The translations under genes and the position numbers were made by a program. Of a stretch of DNA of 64,000 nt, positions 38,560-52,433 are shown piece after piece; the stretch's first letter is position 1, and the number at the start of each line of letters is the position of its first letter. Below the pieces are notes generated by a model. It was not told the origin of the DNA and did no database searches. It saw only the letters and a program-made list of their open reading frames with translations. The stretch is from Camelus ferus (lineage: Eukaryota). The DNA is taken from NCBI RefSeq assembly GCF_009834535.1, contig NC_045697.1:101868001-101932000 (forward strand), given 5' to 3'.

Positions 38560-39960
38560 TTTTTCATTTCTAATGGTACGGACGTTATACATTTTCTACT
38601 CTTTTAATGGTTACCATTGAAATGCTAAATAAATTCTAAAGTTCCAAAGTTAATTGTTGTCTTCACTCCCTTTCTGATGTTAGCTCAGTTTAATCCCTGT
38701 CTGACTTACTTGCTATTTTTGTCCAAAATTTTAGTTTTTTGTTGTTGTTACTGTTAAACCCATAAATTACTAGTAGTAGTATCCTATAGTACATAGACAA
38801 TGTTTATTTCCATTTTCCTACATTTTTACCAACTTTTTTATCCTTCCTTTTTGTATCTAAGACCTTCCTTCTCTAATTTTCCTTCCTCCTTCCTTTAGAA
38901 GTTCTTTTTGTGAAAATCTTGTTAATAGTAAATTCTTGTGGTTTTTGTTTAACTGAAGTGTCTTTATTTTGTCCTCATTCTTGAAAAAGAACTTTTGTGG
39001 GTTTCTTGGTTTTGTTTTTTATTTGTTTGTTTGCTTTGGGGTTTGTTTTTTGTTTTTTTGTTTTGAGGTCACAATTCTTGATTGACAGTAAGTTTCTCTG
39101 GACACATAGGAGATACTGTTTACTATCATCTGGCTTCCGTTGTTCCTGTTGAAAAGTATGCTGTCAGTCTAATTCCAGTTCCTTTGTAGGTAATCTTGTC
39201 TTTTCAGTCTGGCTGATGTTAAGATCTTTTCTGAGTCTTCCGTGTTCTGCAGGTTTGCTATACTGTGTCTAGACATCTAGACATAGATTTTTTTCTTTGT
39301 TTATCCTGCTTGGTAGATGTGTTGTCTTTATCTCTGGATTCATATTTTTTATCAATTCTGGCAAAGTCTCAATCATTATCTCTGTAAATATTGTTTTTCC
39401 GCTATTCTTTTTCTTCATTCTTTGAGGTTTCTGATTAGACATTAGTTAGAACTTCTCAACCTGTTTTCACACCTTTTGCCACTTTTCATATTTTCTATTT
39501 TATCGTGTCTTTATGCTTACTTGGATAATTTCTTTAGATCTATCCCCAAGTTCTTCTGCTTAACCCATGTGTTTAATTTTTAATTTCAACTAATTTTATT
39601 TTTCGTTGCTAACATGACATTCTGCTTGGTTTTTTTTCCCCAGTACACCTAGCTGATTTGAATAACTTCTTATTCCTTTCTTGTTATCCTATTCCTTTTA
39701 TTAAGTTTTATTTTTTCATTCCTTTAAACATCTTATACTCATATTTTACACCATTTATGCAATAATTTCAACATCTGAAGACCTTGGTGGTCTGTATCTG
39801 TGTTTACTGTTTCTGCAAACTCACATGCTTGATGGCTTGTTTCCTTGCGTGTTTCTTGTATTTTTATTGAGAATTGATTCTGCTGAGCTTATCTGTGAGC
39901 AGCCTGCAGAACTAAATTTCCTTCAAAAAGAGTTTGTATTCGCTTCTGCTAGGAAGCAGG
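38560..39960 (-). mobile_element. Ancient L1/HAL1-like ORF1-region remnant
   Basis: T-rich antisense L1 motifs (tctttattttgtcctcattcttgaa, tgctgtcagtctaatt, cctttgtaggtaat). Confidence 0.55.
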
Positions 39961-40423
39961 TGATTCTACCACCATGGGACCACTTCAGTTCCCTTTGATG
40001 GTCCCTAGCCTAGTAGAAAGATTTCCGATTCCATGTGCCTCCCACCAGGGCGTCCTGACTGCACTGCTCAGAGTGATGTTCATCCTACAGACAACTGTCT
40101 TGACCCTTCAGCAGCTCTCTGTTCCCTCCAGTTCCCTCACACTTTGGTCATGTCCCTTAATTTCTAGTGAGCCCAGTAATGTATTAGTAATTACATTTGT
40201 TTTAAGTTAGCTAGTATCTCGTTGTCTTTTAGGAGTAAGAGGCCCATCAACCTGGGCAATTTGCCATTCTTGAAATACTCCTTTTCAAAAAACATTTCTT
40301 AGGTCTGAAAGTGAACACTGATACGTATCCTCGGGACTTGAAAAAGTCAAGCTTAAGTTAAAGGCTAAGGAAGCAAGCTAAGATGAACCAAGTGTCTGTT
40401 CTCCCTTTTTCCCAAGAATTTCA

Positions 40424-40535
40424 GGGGAGAGTAATAGCTCAGTGGCAGAGCACATGCTTAGCTAGCATGCACAAGGTCCTGGGTTCAGTCCCCAGTACCT
40501 CCATTAAAAAAAAAAGATTAATTAAAAAAATTTTG
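40424..40535 (+). mobile_element. tRNA-derived SINE (Vic-1-like)
   Basis: Same consensus with an internal tagc duplication; TSD-like aag(a/g)atttca. Confidence 0.85.
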
Positions 40536-40784
40536 AAAGGATTTCATCTGTGATGGGAGCATTAGTTTGAATTCTTAAATAAAGTAGTATTTAAGGGAAA
40601 AACAGAGTCCAATTAGGAGGGTGACAATATTGTTAAATGGAAATAGTTAATGTTGTTTTTTCGTGACCAAATAGAATTTCAAGAGTTATTTACAGCACGT
40701 GTGTCTCTGTTTTAAGATGGGATTTCACTCAGAAGTGCTCCTTCTTATGTGGGAGTTTATGGGGGGTTTTCTTCGCTTTTTTAG

Positions 40785-40943
40785 CAAAAGAGCAGCGGCT
40801 CAGGCAGCAGTGTTGCGGACGAGAGAGTGGACTATGTCGTGGTTGACCAGCAGAAGACCCTGGCTCTGAAGAGCACCCGGGAGGCCTGGACGGATGGGAG
40901 GCAGTCCACGGAGTCTGAAACACCAACCAAGAATGTGAAATGA
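40785..40943 (+). CDS. GAB1: GAB1 last coding exon ([52 protein letters not shown])
   Basis: Acceptor gcttttttag|CAAAAG; 159 nt to the TGA at 40941-40943. Contains the second SHP2 motif YVVV. Confidence 0.96.
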   Translation, partial: QKSSGSGSSVADERVDYVVVDQQKTLALKSTREAWTDGRQSTESETPTKNVK

Positions 40944-43900
40944 AAGTACCGCTTTGCTGTTTCCTGAGCAAAAGAGGGCTGAACTGTCAAGAGAAATCCT
41001 GTTTGCCCGGAGATGACCTGACACAGCTACTGTAGGTAGATCCTCCGCTGAGTAGAGTCTAAGTCAAAGGACCTTCCAGACATAATCAAGCAATCTAGAC
41101 TGTCCATGGTGCTTTGTGGTGGCTGAACAATTCATCACGTGTACATAGTGTGGGAAAATAGTATTGTTTGGTTCCCAGAGAAACATTTGTTCCATAGTTA
41201 ACACACTTGTAGTATTACTGTATTTATGCACTTTTTCATTTAAAGCATTGGTTTGGGTATTTCCAAATGGACCTTAACGTGATTCCTTTGGGGTTTCTTG
41301 TTCTTCCTCACTCTACTCTAAGAACTATACCAAGTTAACTAAGCTACTTTTAGATTTGGAAATTACTCTTTAAACCGCAGTATAACAACATTACAATGCG
41401 AAGTAAATTCACAACCTGCCTTTCTACCTGAAACTTCACATGGTAACCGTTAGCTTAAACTACAGAGCACAGTTGGACTCATTCGTTACCTTCCAAAGTG
41501 CTGAGCATCATGTATGTACTGGTGTCAGGACTTAGTTCTCTGCTTCGTGTACATTGAGCTTTCAGTGGTGGAACCTTATTCTGTTTTGTTAATTACAGTG
41601 TTTGGGTTCATTGAATGAAGATTCTCCCCGGAGTGAGGGCGGGATCTTACACCTTGGAAAGAGTGAATAATTACACTATCAAGTAAGCTTACAGATCACT
41701 GACAGCATGTGGTGGTGGTGGTGGGGAGCTCTCACACTTGTTAACATGTATTAAACTCTACTTGCCAAGTGTAGATTATGTAACTAATCAGGTACGTACC
41801 AGGCACTGATGTGCTCATACACTGATCAGGTTTAGAAAACTAGCATTAGTGGTGTTCTTGTTAGTCCTCTAATTTTGGTTTCCAGTTTGGAGTTAATGAC
41901 ACAGTTGACATTCACTGTTAGTTATAGCAACATACTGTGATTTTTAATTAGACAGTAATTCAGATTTATTACTCTAAGAATGAAATTCTATCTTTTGACA
42001 CCATAGTGCCCTTTCTATGATTTTTTTTAACTTTACTTAATATTCTTCTTGGCCTTATACTATTTAAATCCCTATGCAATTAATATTTTTTATCTGCAGT
42101 TTTTTAAAAAAAGTAGATGTTATGTAAGTAATTCTCATGTAGCAACTATTGCTTTTCCAGTAAAAGAATTAAGGATTTTGTACTGTGATTTATATTCACT
42201 GCCCCGATTCAAGAAATATTGGAGCCTTGCTATAATGTGAAATCTTATAGTCATGGACCTCTTCCAACCAGATTCCTGAAACCATCTGATTCTGTCTCAC
42301 CTATACAACAAGGGCCTGTGACATGGATATCACAACCACAAATTATATCTAGTGAGGCTACAATTGTACTTATCTGTCTTGGCTTTGCAGTGTAATTTAG
42401 AAAGCAGGTATAATTGTTTGTTTTTTAACCAAGTTACATACAATCTCTTATGTATTGATTTGAGACTTACTAACAGGTTTTGGAGGGAGCATAGAAATAG
42501 GAGTGCCCACAGCTGAGGCCCATCTCCCTCCATCCTGACCTCTGTTGCCTGAGTACATAGATGTGCCCTGATTTCTGGCTGCCTGGCCGGAGTGCTGTGC
42601 CTACTCAGTGTAATGGGTTTATGTCCCTTCTATGAACTAAAAATGTTCAGAACAAGATGAATTGTAGACTAGTAACATTTGATGTTTTTAAATGTTTGCT
42701 TCTTTTTAAACCAAAACTAAAACCCAGAACTGAATTTTGAGGTGGATTTTTAAATAAAAAAGATTGTTGGAGTCTGGTGTGTGCAAGCTGTTTTATAATG
42801 AAACCACAAAATAAAATCCAGAAGCATCAAAATGTGCCTAAACTATCAAAACATACCACACAGTTGGTGTGTGAAGATACTAAATTGTGTTACGTGGAAG
42901 ATGAACGTATTTTGAGATTTGGGACACAATAAATATAATATGAATTCAAAAACAGAAATCTTGTTTTATAACTGCCTATCAGAAGAGTCTAAGGCAAAGA
43001 TGAATTTTTTAGTATAATTTTTCCTTAATTTTTTTACAAAATACTCACCATTTTTGAAGACCTGCACCATTCTTATCTGTAGACATCTTCCCATCATGCA
43101 GAGTGATTTAAGAACTCAAGTGCATTAAGCAGTTTGCTAAACTAAATCGCACTGAACATTGCATTGACAGATTAAATTACAAGGCAGTCTCTTACAGAGC
43201 AGTCTCTTCCAAACATTTTTTAGCACTAGAATCTTTTTTAAGTAAACTTTTGTGTCACCCCAACACATAAAGCCTGAAAGTTCCATTTTATCAGTGTAGC
43301 TGTATTTTGAGTCCACATTTATATTTACTTAGTCCATTGCTAAGAATAAGATTTCTAAATGACACAAATGTGAAATCGGGGTTATAGATCGTGGGTAAAA
43401 CCCGCAGCAGCCAGTCTGTTTGTTTCTATGCCTTCATTTCATTTGCATACTCTTCAAGAGAATTTTGATTCACACAAACATAAGTAAGTACAAATAATAA
43501 CAGGTTATAAGCACACATTTCAGGAGATTCTTTACCTAGAGATAGCCGAAGTTGTATTCCCAGGTTTATACAAAAATGAATTATCGTGTTAGTGGGAGTT
43601 TATACATACACAGTCTCCAGTATGGTAATACTCATCTGGATGTGCATTTCTATTAAGTTTTTAAACTACATTCTTTTATAAAAACAAAATTTGAATCCAA
43701 CTTTTTTGAATACCCTTAATCGCCTTCAGGAAGCTCAGTTTTGGCCAGGCATGGGTTGAAAACCACTGGTTAACCATATGACAGTTAACGTTATAAATCA
43801 GAAGTCTTTTTCTCCCACGTTTGATTCCTTATTTTGAAAAACTGTACAATTTTATGGAAGTTTGAATACCAAAGCACAGCTCTGCTTTCAAAAAATCAAA

Positions 43901-46000
43901 ATTCAAACTTGAATAATATAAGCTATTTAATCCACAGATGGTAACACTTAGTAAGCTATAAAAGTGGTTTTTATCTACACTCTAGTTTATACATTTGCAT
44001 CTTTATTTTTATCAATACCATATAAGCTACTGTGAGCATTTTAGAGAGTAACATAAAGGTACTATGAGTGTCTGTATGTATATATAGCATTGTATTTAAT
44101 CGTAGACTGAATTTAATTTGGTATAGAAATGCTGCCATCCTTGTACATTAATGTCATGAGTCGTAGTTCCCTCTGGACTCTTTAATTAATGGGAGGTCAT
44201 AATCGCTGTATTCATAAATGCATTCAGTCTGGAAATTGAACACCAGTGTTTGTTTTTCTTTCTCTACTAGTGAGAAGTTGTCTGCTTTCCCCCTTTAGCC
44301 AAAATAGTATTTTTTTTTTATGTTTTGTTCAGCTGTTAACTACGTTACGCCTGTACACTATGCTATGGACGTAATTCTTGGATATTCCCAAACATTCTTA
44401 GTGCTTCTTTATTTGGCCCATTGAAAGTATTGTTATTAGTATTTTGAATGAAATATCCTTTTAAAAATTAAAAAATATTAGCCTTTAAATTTTTAGAAAC
44501 GAGGTGGGCCAGTTTTTTTTATTCCTATCTTTGGGTCATTGTGGTAGGTCTTGTCCTCCGTTGTTAGATAAGCAATCGGGTTCATAACAGGATTGACGTA
44601 ACATGACCAAATCAGAGGGATACAGAGAGAGGGGGACATATCCCAGGACAACAATTATCATCAATAATATCTAATATGTTATATATAGACCTATATGTAA
44701 TTTAAAATACTGCCAACCATGAGATGAAAAGCCAATGAATGTTGTAGACATCACAGACTTGTTATGATGAAAAATCAGTTGTCAGGTTGTTGAGATGATT
44801 GGTTTTAAATCTGACTAAATATGTTTCTGTATTACTACAGCTTGAAATAATTTAGTTTGTCTTCCATAGACTTAGCTTTCTTTAGGTTCAGTATAATGTA
44901 TATTATGAGTTTCCACGGACTGTTTGGTCAAGGGATTAACATAGCTTCTTGCTTCCTTTAGGTAAGAAGACATGGCTTTGTGTGAGTTCTTGTAACCTAA
45001 ATCGATTGTTGATAATCACCCCAGATTTCAACAGCAAACTCTTATGTATAAATTTATTTCTCCCCTCTTACCCATCTTCTTTTGTAAAGATCTAATTGTA
45101 GATATTTCCTGCTACCAAATAAAGCTTTTCAAACAATTTGGTTTCAAGACCGTAAGTAGTCAATTTGGATACTAAAACTGTGAACAAATAAGGATGTAGA
45201 AATTTATGTTTCCAACCCTTCCTTAGAGTCTGTGTCTAAATTAAAAACCAAATTCTGCCGTTCACTGTACTTCCCAGTCCTACTCCTATAGGGACGTTTT
45301 CTGCAGTGAGGACCCCACTAACTCATGCTAGCACGTAATAGTCATGCTCTAACTAAACAGGAGAGGCTTCTGAGACCACTGCCCATGCGTCCACCCATTA
45401 TTTCTTCACCTAGCCAGCGCCACTAGTGAGGTATTGAGTAAAAGGCTGGTAAGTACTGGCCTGTGTGCAACCTTTACCGTCAGAAAATTCGTTTGATACA
45501 TAAAGCATGGCTTAGCTGGGCTTTTTCATGTCTATGAGAGTTTTCAGACAACTCCAGTGCTTCATAAAACCCCAAGAATTACCCTCGGTCAGTCATTTGG
45601 CCCTCCCAGTGCAGCACTTTGCAGCTCTGGCTCTGTCAGTAGATCATCTTTGGGAGGTTTGGGGAGGGTGACGTGATCGCCTTTGAGGTCATTCTCCCCC
45701 CACCCATCTTTCTGCCACCCTGTAAATGTGAAACCTCTGGATATGTGCAGGTAACTTCTTTGGGGGGAAAAATAAGCTGCTTTCTCTGATACCAATTTTG
45801 AATTACAGTTTTATTAGAAAGTTTAATGGAGAATAATTTGGCAATTCTGTGAATGTGTGTTATTGCATATTTAAAAGCTGAGTCAATAGTGAAAGGCATT
45901 TTGTTAACTGTGGTGATGAGTAACATTCCCCTCTTAGGTTCCCTCCTTTAAATTATATGAAGTTATTTTTTAATAAAATAAGTTAACACCTATAGAAAAT
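40944..46000 (+). other. GAB1: GAB1 long 3' UTR (end approximate)
   Basis: AT-rich stretch after the stop with no recognisable interspersed repeats until the LTR at about 46220. AATAAA hexamers at 42753, 42810, 42928, 45118 and 45972. Confidence 0.7.
45972..45977 (+). terminator. Candidate distal polyadenylation signal of GAB1
   Basis: AATAAA with U-rich sequence upstream and GT/T-rich sequence downstream (gtttgttt at about 46013). It is the last signal before the repeat-rich DNA. Confidence 0.5.
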
Positions 46001-46219
46001 CAAGCTTCTAAAGTTTGTTTCTATAATTCATTAGACAGGCTTTTATTACTGTTAATCATGGTTATGTTGGTGATTCACTCGTACCTCTGTGTGTCTCTGA
46101 TTTTGTGATCTATGTGGTACCTAGAACATTTGGAGTACTCAGTGTGTGGGACAACATATGATGGTACAAAAAAGAAAGAAAACAAATGTTTTAAAAGCCC
46201 ACTTTCTCAAATACAGTAT

Positions 46220-46655
46220 CATGATGGTTAATGTGTCAACTTGGCTAGGCTGTGGTGCCCGTGTGTTTGATCAAACGCTAGTATAGATGTTGCTGTGAAG
46301 ATATTTTGTAGATGTGACTAACATTACCGTAAGTAAAGCTTATCACCCTTCTTAGCGTGGATGGGCCTCATCCAACCAGTTGAAGGCCTTCAAAGCAAAA
46401 ACTGGTTTCCCATGAAGAAGGAATTTTGCCTCAAGACCATAAGATACAAGTCCTTTGTGAATTTCCAGCCTGCCCTACAAATTTCAACTTTGCCAACCCC
46501 TACAAGTGTGTGGGCCAATTCCTTAAAATAAATCTCTCCAATGGATGGCTAGGTGGATAGATGGATAGATTCTACTGGCTCTATTTTGATAGATAAATAG
46601 ATACATACAGAGATGGATGGATGGATGGAAAGATAGATTCTTTCTCTAGAGAGCC
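46220..46655 (+). mobile_element. MLT2-type (ERVL) solo LTR with a GGAT/AGAT repeat
   Basis: tgatggttaat..tgtcaacttggctagg...gggcctcatccaaccagttgaaggcct...ccaattccttaaaataaatctc. Confidence 0.75.
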
Positions 46656-47654
46656 TGTTAATTCATTATTCTGAGTTATTTATGTGTATGTATACATATA
46701 TAAAGCAAGCAATGATTTTGAGGTTTAATTTGAAATGTAAATTACAGGTCCAATTTGAATCCATTGGCAGCCTTTACCCCAAAAATATTTTCTTCTAAAA
46801 TTAAAGTGTTGATGAATTTCTGAAGCCATTTACTTACAGTGAAACAGATTTCCACTTCTACAGGCCATAAATTTTTGTCTTTCAGGAACCATTAAATTAG
46901 CATCTCCAAGGAGGAAAAGCAGTATGCAAAGAGGAACAGAAAGATTGTTGGCTTCTTGCTGGGTAGCATACAAGATCTATTAAGAACAATATTCCATTTG
47001 CTATGCTTGGGTTGTAGTCTTGACCCTTGTCAAATACTATGACTTTAATATATGTATTTAATTATCTCTGCTTTATATTTCTGGGGTTTTTTTTGTAGCA
47101 CATACACCCTATGTACTTCTAAAACTATTTTTTAATCAACTTTGTAAAAAAACAATGAGTCTGAAAGATGCTTATTCCAATCCTTAAATAAAGCAATGAC
47201 TTCGGAATTCAGACTAAGAAGAAAGTACTGTTGTCCCAGTTTGAGTCTACTGGATGACAGCTCATTAAAAATTAAAGTCACTTTACTAGAGTATTTGCTA
47301 CATATGTAGGACTATGCTAGGTGCTGTGGGAAACAGAGGAAATCTACACCAGCTTTATCTTGACAAGTTAGTATGTGTGAATTGATGATATGGGACCATA
47401 AATAATGATATGGGACCAACAATGAGGTGCTGAGGCAAAGACCATCAAAGGATAGCAGTCAAGAAGAGCTTCATAGAGATGGAGATTGAGAAGGGCTTTG
47501 GAGGGTTGGCAAGAAGGAAAAAGGAGGGAGGGCATCTGAAAGAACAATATGAACAATTTATTAGTTTGCTATTTATTAGTCTTCTGAGAAGAGGGGTGTG
47601 AAAAAGAAAAGAGGCAGAATGTGGAGAACTGTGTGTTAGTTGGAAGGTTGTAAA

Positions 47655-48166
47655 TATTACATCTGTTACTGAATGCTGTGTAACGAACCAAAATGTTTTG
47701 GCTTTAAAAAAACTAATCATCCTCTAGTCTCATAGTTTGCATGATCAGAAGTTCAGGAGTGTCTTGGCTAGGCAATTCTGGCTCAGTTTCTATGAAAGGA
47801 AATCAAATCACTTGAAACTGCAGTCCTCTTGAGAGGAAAGATCTGCTTCCAAGGAGGTTCACCCACGTGGCAAGCAGGATGGCAATTGGCAGGAGGCCTG
47901 TGTTCCTCTTCCTGTGCTTCTTCCAGAGCTGCTAGAGTGTCCTCATGGCATGGCGGCTGGCTTCCCCCAAAGCTAGTGTTCCCAGAGACCAAGCAGAGGC
48001 TTCAATGCCTTTTGTGACCTAGGCTTGGAGACCACACACTCTCCTCTCTGCTGTGCTCTCATGGGTCATCCAGTCCACCCCCGATTCATTGTGGGAGGAG
48101 ACATAGAAGAATGTGAATACCAGGAAGCAAGGGTCACTGGGAGCATCTTAGAGGCTAGTTGTCACA
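47655..48166 (-). mobile_element. MLT1-type (MaLR) LTR
   Basis: tgctgtgtaac...tggctt...catggcatggcggctggcttcccc...gaggctagttgtcaca. Confidence 0.65.
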
Positions 48167-48583
48167 AAGGCAGAATTGAATGTCAAGAAATGAGGCCAAA
48201 GATGGAGGGCCTGAAGGACCAAGGAACTCAAGTGCACTGAAGAATTAAGGACTCTAAACAGTCAGAACAAGACAAAGCTTGGAAAGAGCAGGCTACAGGA
48301 AGTCAGGAAATAGTTCTGAACCTGGGTCTATGAGTTTAGCTGTGTGTTCTTGTAAATTATGAAGCTATTTGACAGTTACTGAGACACTGTGTTTTATATT
48401 GACTCTTACCTAATCCTCATAATACTGGGGAGTAGGTAACGTTATTCTCTCTAACCTTCAAGTTCCAACTTAATTCCACAAGGCTTTCCGTCAACTCCCC
48501 CACCCAGGGGTGATAGCTTCTTCCTCTGAAAGTCACAAAATTGGTAACTTTCTTCTGTTTTCCATATTTGGCTTTGGTGATGG

Positions 48584-48967
48584 TATATTGGTTGCTAGGG
48601 CTGCAATCACTAAGTACCACAGACTGGGTGGCTTAAACAACAGATTCATTTTTTCACAGTTCTGGAGGGTGGAAGTCCAAGATCAAGGTGTAGGCAGATT
48701 TTGTTTCTTCTGAAACCTCTTTCCTTGGCTTGTAGATGTGGCCTCAATGTATCCTCACTTGGCCTTTTCCTGGACACGTGAGCCCTAGTGTCACTTTCTC
48801 TTCGTATAAGGACACCAACCATGTTGAATTAGACCCCCACCTTTATGACCCCATTTAACCTTAATTTCCTCTTTAAAGGCCCTATCTCCAAAAACAGTCA
48901 TAGTCTGAGGTACTGGGGTTTAGGTCTTCAAGACAAATTTTGGGTGGACAGAGTTCAGTCCATAATA
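48584..48967 (-). mobile_element. MLT1A/B-type (MaLR) solo LTR
   Basis: gctagggctgcaatcactaagtaccacagactgggtggcttaaacaacag...ttcagtccataata; 5-bp TSD gatgg at 48579-48583 and 48968-48972. Confidence 0.85.
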
Positions 48968-49039
48968 GATGGCTATGTTTATCTCATCTACCCAGCTGTA
49001 TGCAGCTTAGAATAAAAACTAAGTCTAATGCATCACAGC

Positions 49040-49990
49040 ATCAGTCACATTCCTGGCAGGAAAAGATGTCCCACTCAAAGGAGTAACTGATGAGAGTTAA
49101 ATGAAGGAACTATTGCATATCTATGGATTGGGTTAAGGGAACTAACAAGGGGTGATTAAAACCCTTAGCAACAGTAAGAAGTCATTACCACTTTTAGAAC
49201 TAAGTGGGCAAGTGGAGGGTGCCGTTACTGACACCCAACAAGAGCTGTCCACCAGCAGACACTTCGGACTTCTGTAGAAGGACACAACCACCGCCAAATG
49301 CAGGCCAGCAGGGAGGGAGTCAGGTTACCTCTTCTGTGACTTGCCATTGGCTGAGAGCCACCAGCAGCCAGAAATAACCCAGGACATGTAATACATGGAG
49401 GTCATCCTCTCGGGCACTGGGCAAGGCAGAGGAGGGCAGAAGGCAGATCAGGTAAAGCAAAGAAAATCCTTCACAGTCTTCATATTTATTACCATGAGAA
49501 AATGTAGGGTCTGGGGAAGACTGGATTGCTTAACAGCTGATCCAAACTCTAGAACTAAAGTGCCATCCTGTATTTCAGAAGCTGTAAGGATAAAAACTAC
49601 ATTTCCCAGACATCCTTGCACCTAGGGCTCTGCCGTCAACTTTCCACCAGTCACATTCACTTAAATTCAGAAACAGTTCAGTGGAGAGGGAGGCAGAGCT
49701 CTGCAAAGCATCAGTGTTGATAAATCTAGTAGATGAAGCAACGGGTTCCTGATCCTTGGTCGACCGCTAAGATGGTGTATTCTTGGAGACACCATCTGTC
49801 ATGGCAGCTTCCTGCACCCGCGTGGCGCCATAGACATGTGATCCTGGACTCCACCACTAGTGAGTTGGTTTCCTGAACCCAAATTCCTGATCGTTTCCAT
49901 GTCTGGCCATTCCATGGCATTGTTCTGAGAATCATGCCTAAGGCCCTACACACAGTAATTGTAAACTCTATCTTCTACATTCCTTTTGGA
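49040..49990. mobile_element. Old ERVL-class LTR fragments (LTR33/LTR16-like)
   Basis: caggaaaagatgtcccactcaaag...gggttaagggaactaacaaggg and actacatttcccagacatccttgca motifs. Subfamily uncertain. Confidence 0.45.
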
Positions 49991-51752
49991 ATTACTTTAA
50001 TGTTCCTTTTCAAATTACTAGAATGGCTTACCTCTGTTGAAAATAGACACAGGGGCCAATTTTCTGCCTCTTGCATTCCGGAATAGTTTTTTTTTTTTTT
50101 TTCTTTTCTTATTCTCATATTGCAAAACTGTATGTTTAAAGAAAAATGGGGGGAGAAGAGGAAAAACAAACTGTGTTACTTCCCTTTCTTTGCCTGCAGA
50201 TGTGCTGCTTTTTGCTTTGACTGCTGTCAGAAACATCTTCCCAGCTGTTAAACATCTATCTGAATTGTCATCTTTAAAGACTGCATTGTAGTCCTTCAAA
50301 TATTTTAAAATAACCAATAATAATATCCAGTTTGGATACAGGTGTGGGGAGTGGAACACTAGCATGTGCTACCCCTGGGACCATAAATTGATAACAATTT
50401 TTTTTTAAAGAGCAGTTTATTATTACAATTTTAAAGTCTTAAAACTATGCTTAACCATTAACCAAGCAATTGAATTTCAAGGAATTAATCAAACATGTGC
50501 ACAATCATTTCTCTCCAAGGAGTTACAAGTGTAGGCAACAATGGAGGGCTGGTTAAATTGTACACACACGTATATAGCCATTTATAATATAGAACAATAA
50601 CCTGCGAGTGTGTTTCTCTAGCAAGAGAGACTTCTGAAAAAAAAACGAAAGCCAAGTTTGGGAGATCCAGCACCCTTTCACCTTGGTTTAATTATGGTGC
50701 CTCCACTTTTTCTGTTTCCACATTGATGTAAGATTTATTTGAACAATAGGTTCTGCTACTGTAAAAAGTCCTAACTGTTGTGATAAAAGAATATTTGATG
50801 TCATGAATGGTTTTTCAAGATATACTGCTATGTAAAAATTAAGGCTATATAACTAAATATAGTATAATCCTATGTTATATGTTACCAACAGGACCAAAAC
50901 AGCAGGATATCACTACAGATATTACAGACATTACAATGATAATAAAAGAGATATTATGGACAATCTGAGGCAAACAAATTTGAAAATTATATAAAATGAA
51001 CACATTGCTATAGAAAACAATTTACTACAACTGAGAAAAGAAAATCTGAATCATCCTGTAACAACAAAAATGAATTTTGTAATTAAAACTCTTTTTACAA
51101 AGAGAATTCGGAGCTCAGACAAAATCATCAATAAATATTGCCAATTAAGTAAGAAAGAAATAATGCCAGTCGTACATGAGTTCAAAGTAATACACCGTAT
51201 CAGTAAAATAAATGAGAAAATATTAGTAATTTCAATTAATGCAGAAAACTGGCTGATAAATTTCAACATCTATGCATGATTTAGAAAACAAAACTCTTAG
51301 CAGCGTGGAGTAAAAAGGAAATGTGTTCCAAAGAAAAGAATATCTATTTTAAAAATCCATCAACCATCATCATACTGAAATATTGGTGAAATATTTAACT
51401 TTCTCTTTGAGACCTAAAACAAGGCTGGTATGTCCACTATTACCACTTCTGTTCATTACTGCACTGAGGGACCCTGCCAGTAGGAAGTATGAGATTTGGA
51501 CAAAACAAATAAAACTGCTGTTATTCACAGTGATATAGTTGTGTATGTAGAAAATCCAACCAAATCTAAAGGTAAAAGATTGCTAGAAACCAGGTCAATA
51601 GGCAAAAATTAATTGTATTTTTATAAACCCACAGCAAGCTGTTCAATTATGAGTTTTTTAAAAGATGAAGATTATGATAGTATCAAAAACATCAAATAAG
51701 AATTCATTTCAAATAGAATGTGCAAAACTTCTACAATAAAACATTAAGAATA

Positions 51753-51905
51753 GGGGGTGGGAATAGCTCAGTGGTAGAGTGTGTGCTTAGCAAGCAGAAG
51801 GTCCTGGGTTCAATCCCCAGTACCTCCATTAACAAATAAATATATAAACCCGATTACCTCCCCCCACCAAAATAAATAAATAAAGATGAAAATAAATAAA
51901 TAAAT
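51753..51905 (+). mobile_element. tRNA-derived SINE (Vic-1-like, long-tail form) nested in an old L1
   Basis: TSD aataaaacattaaga(a/g)ta at 51735-51752 and 51906-51923. Confidence 0.88.
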
Positions 51906-52055
51906 AATAAAACATTAAGAGTAAAGAAAACCAAAATAAAAAGAGGAATGATATACAGTGTGCATGGATTGGGTAATTCAGGGCATAAAGATGTCAGTTT
52001 TTCCCAAAATTAGTCTTTAAATTCGATGCAATCTCATTAAAAATTCCAAGAGGGA

Positions 52056-52433
<378 letters not shown>

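Noticed and set aside
45412..45432. CTCF-like motif in the 3' UTR (cagcgccactagtgagg)
   Set aside because: The core spacing is one base short of the consensus.
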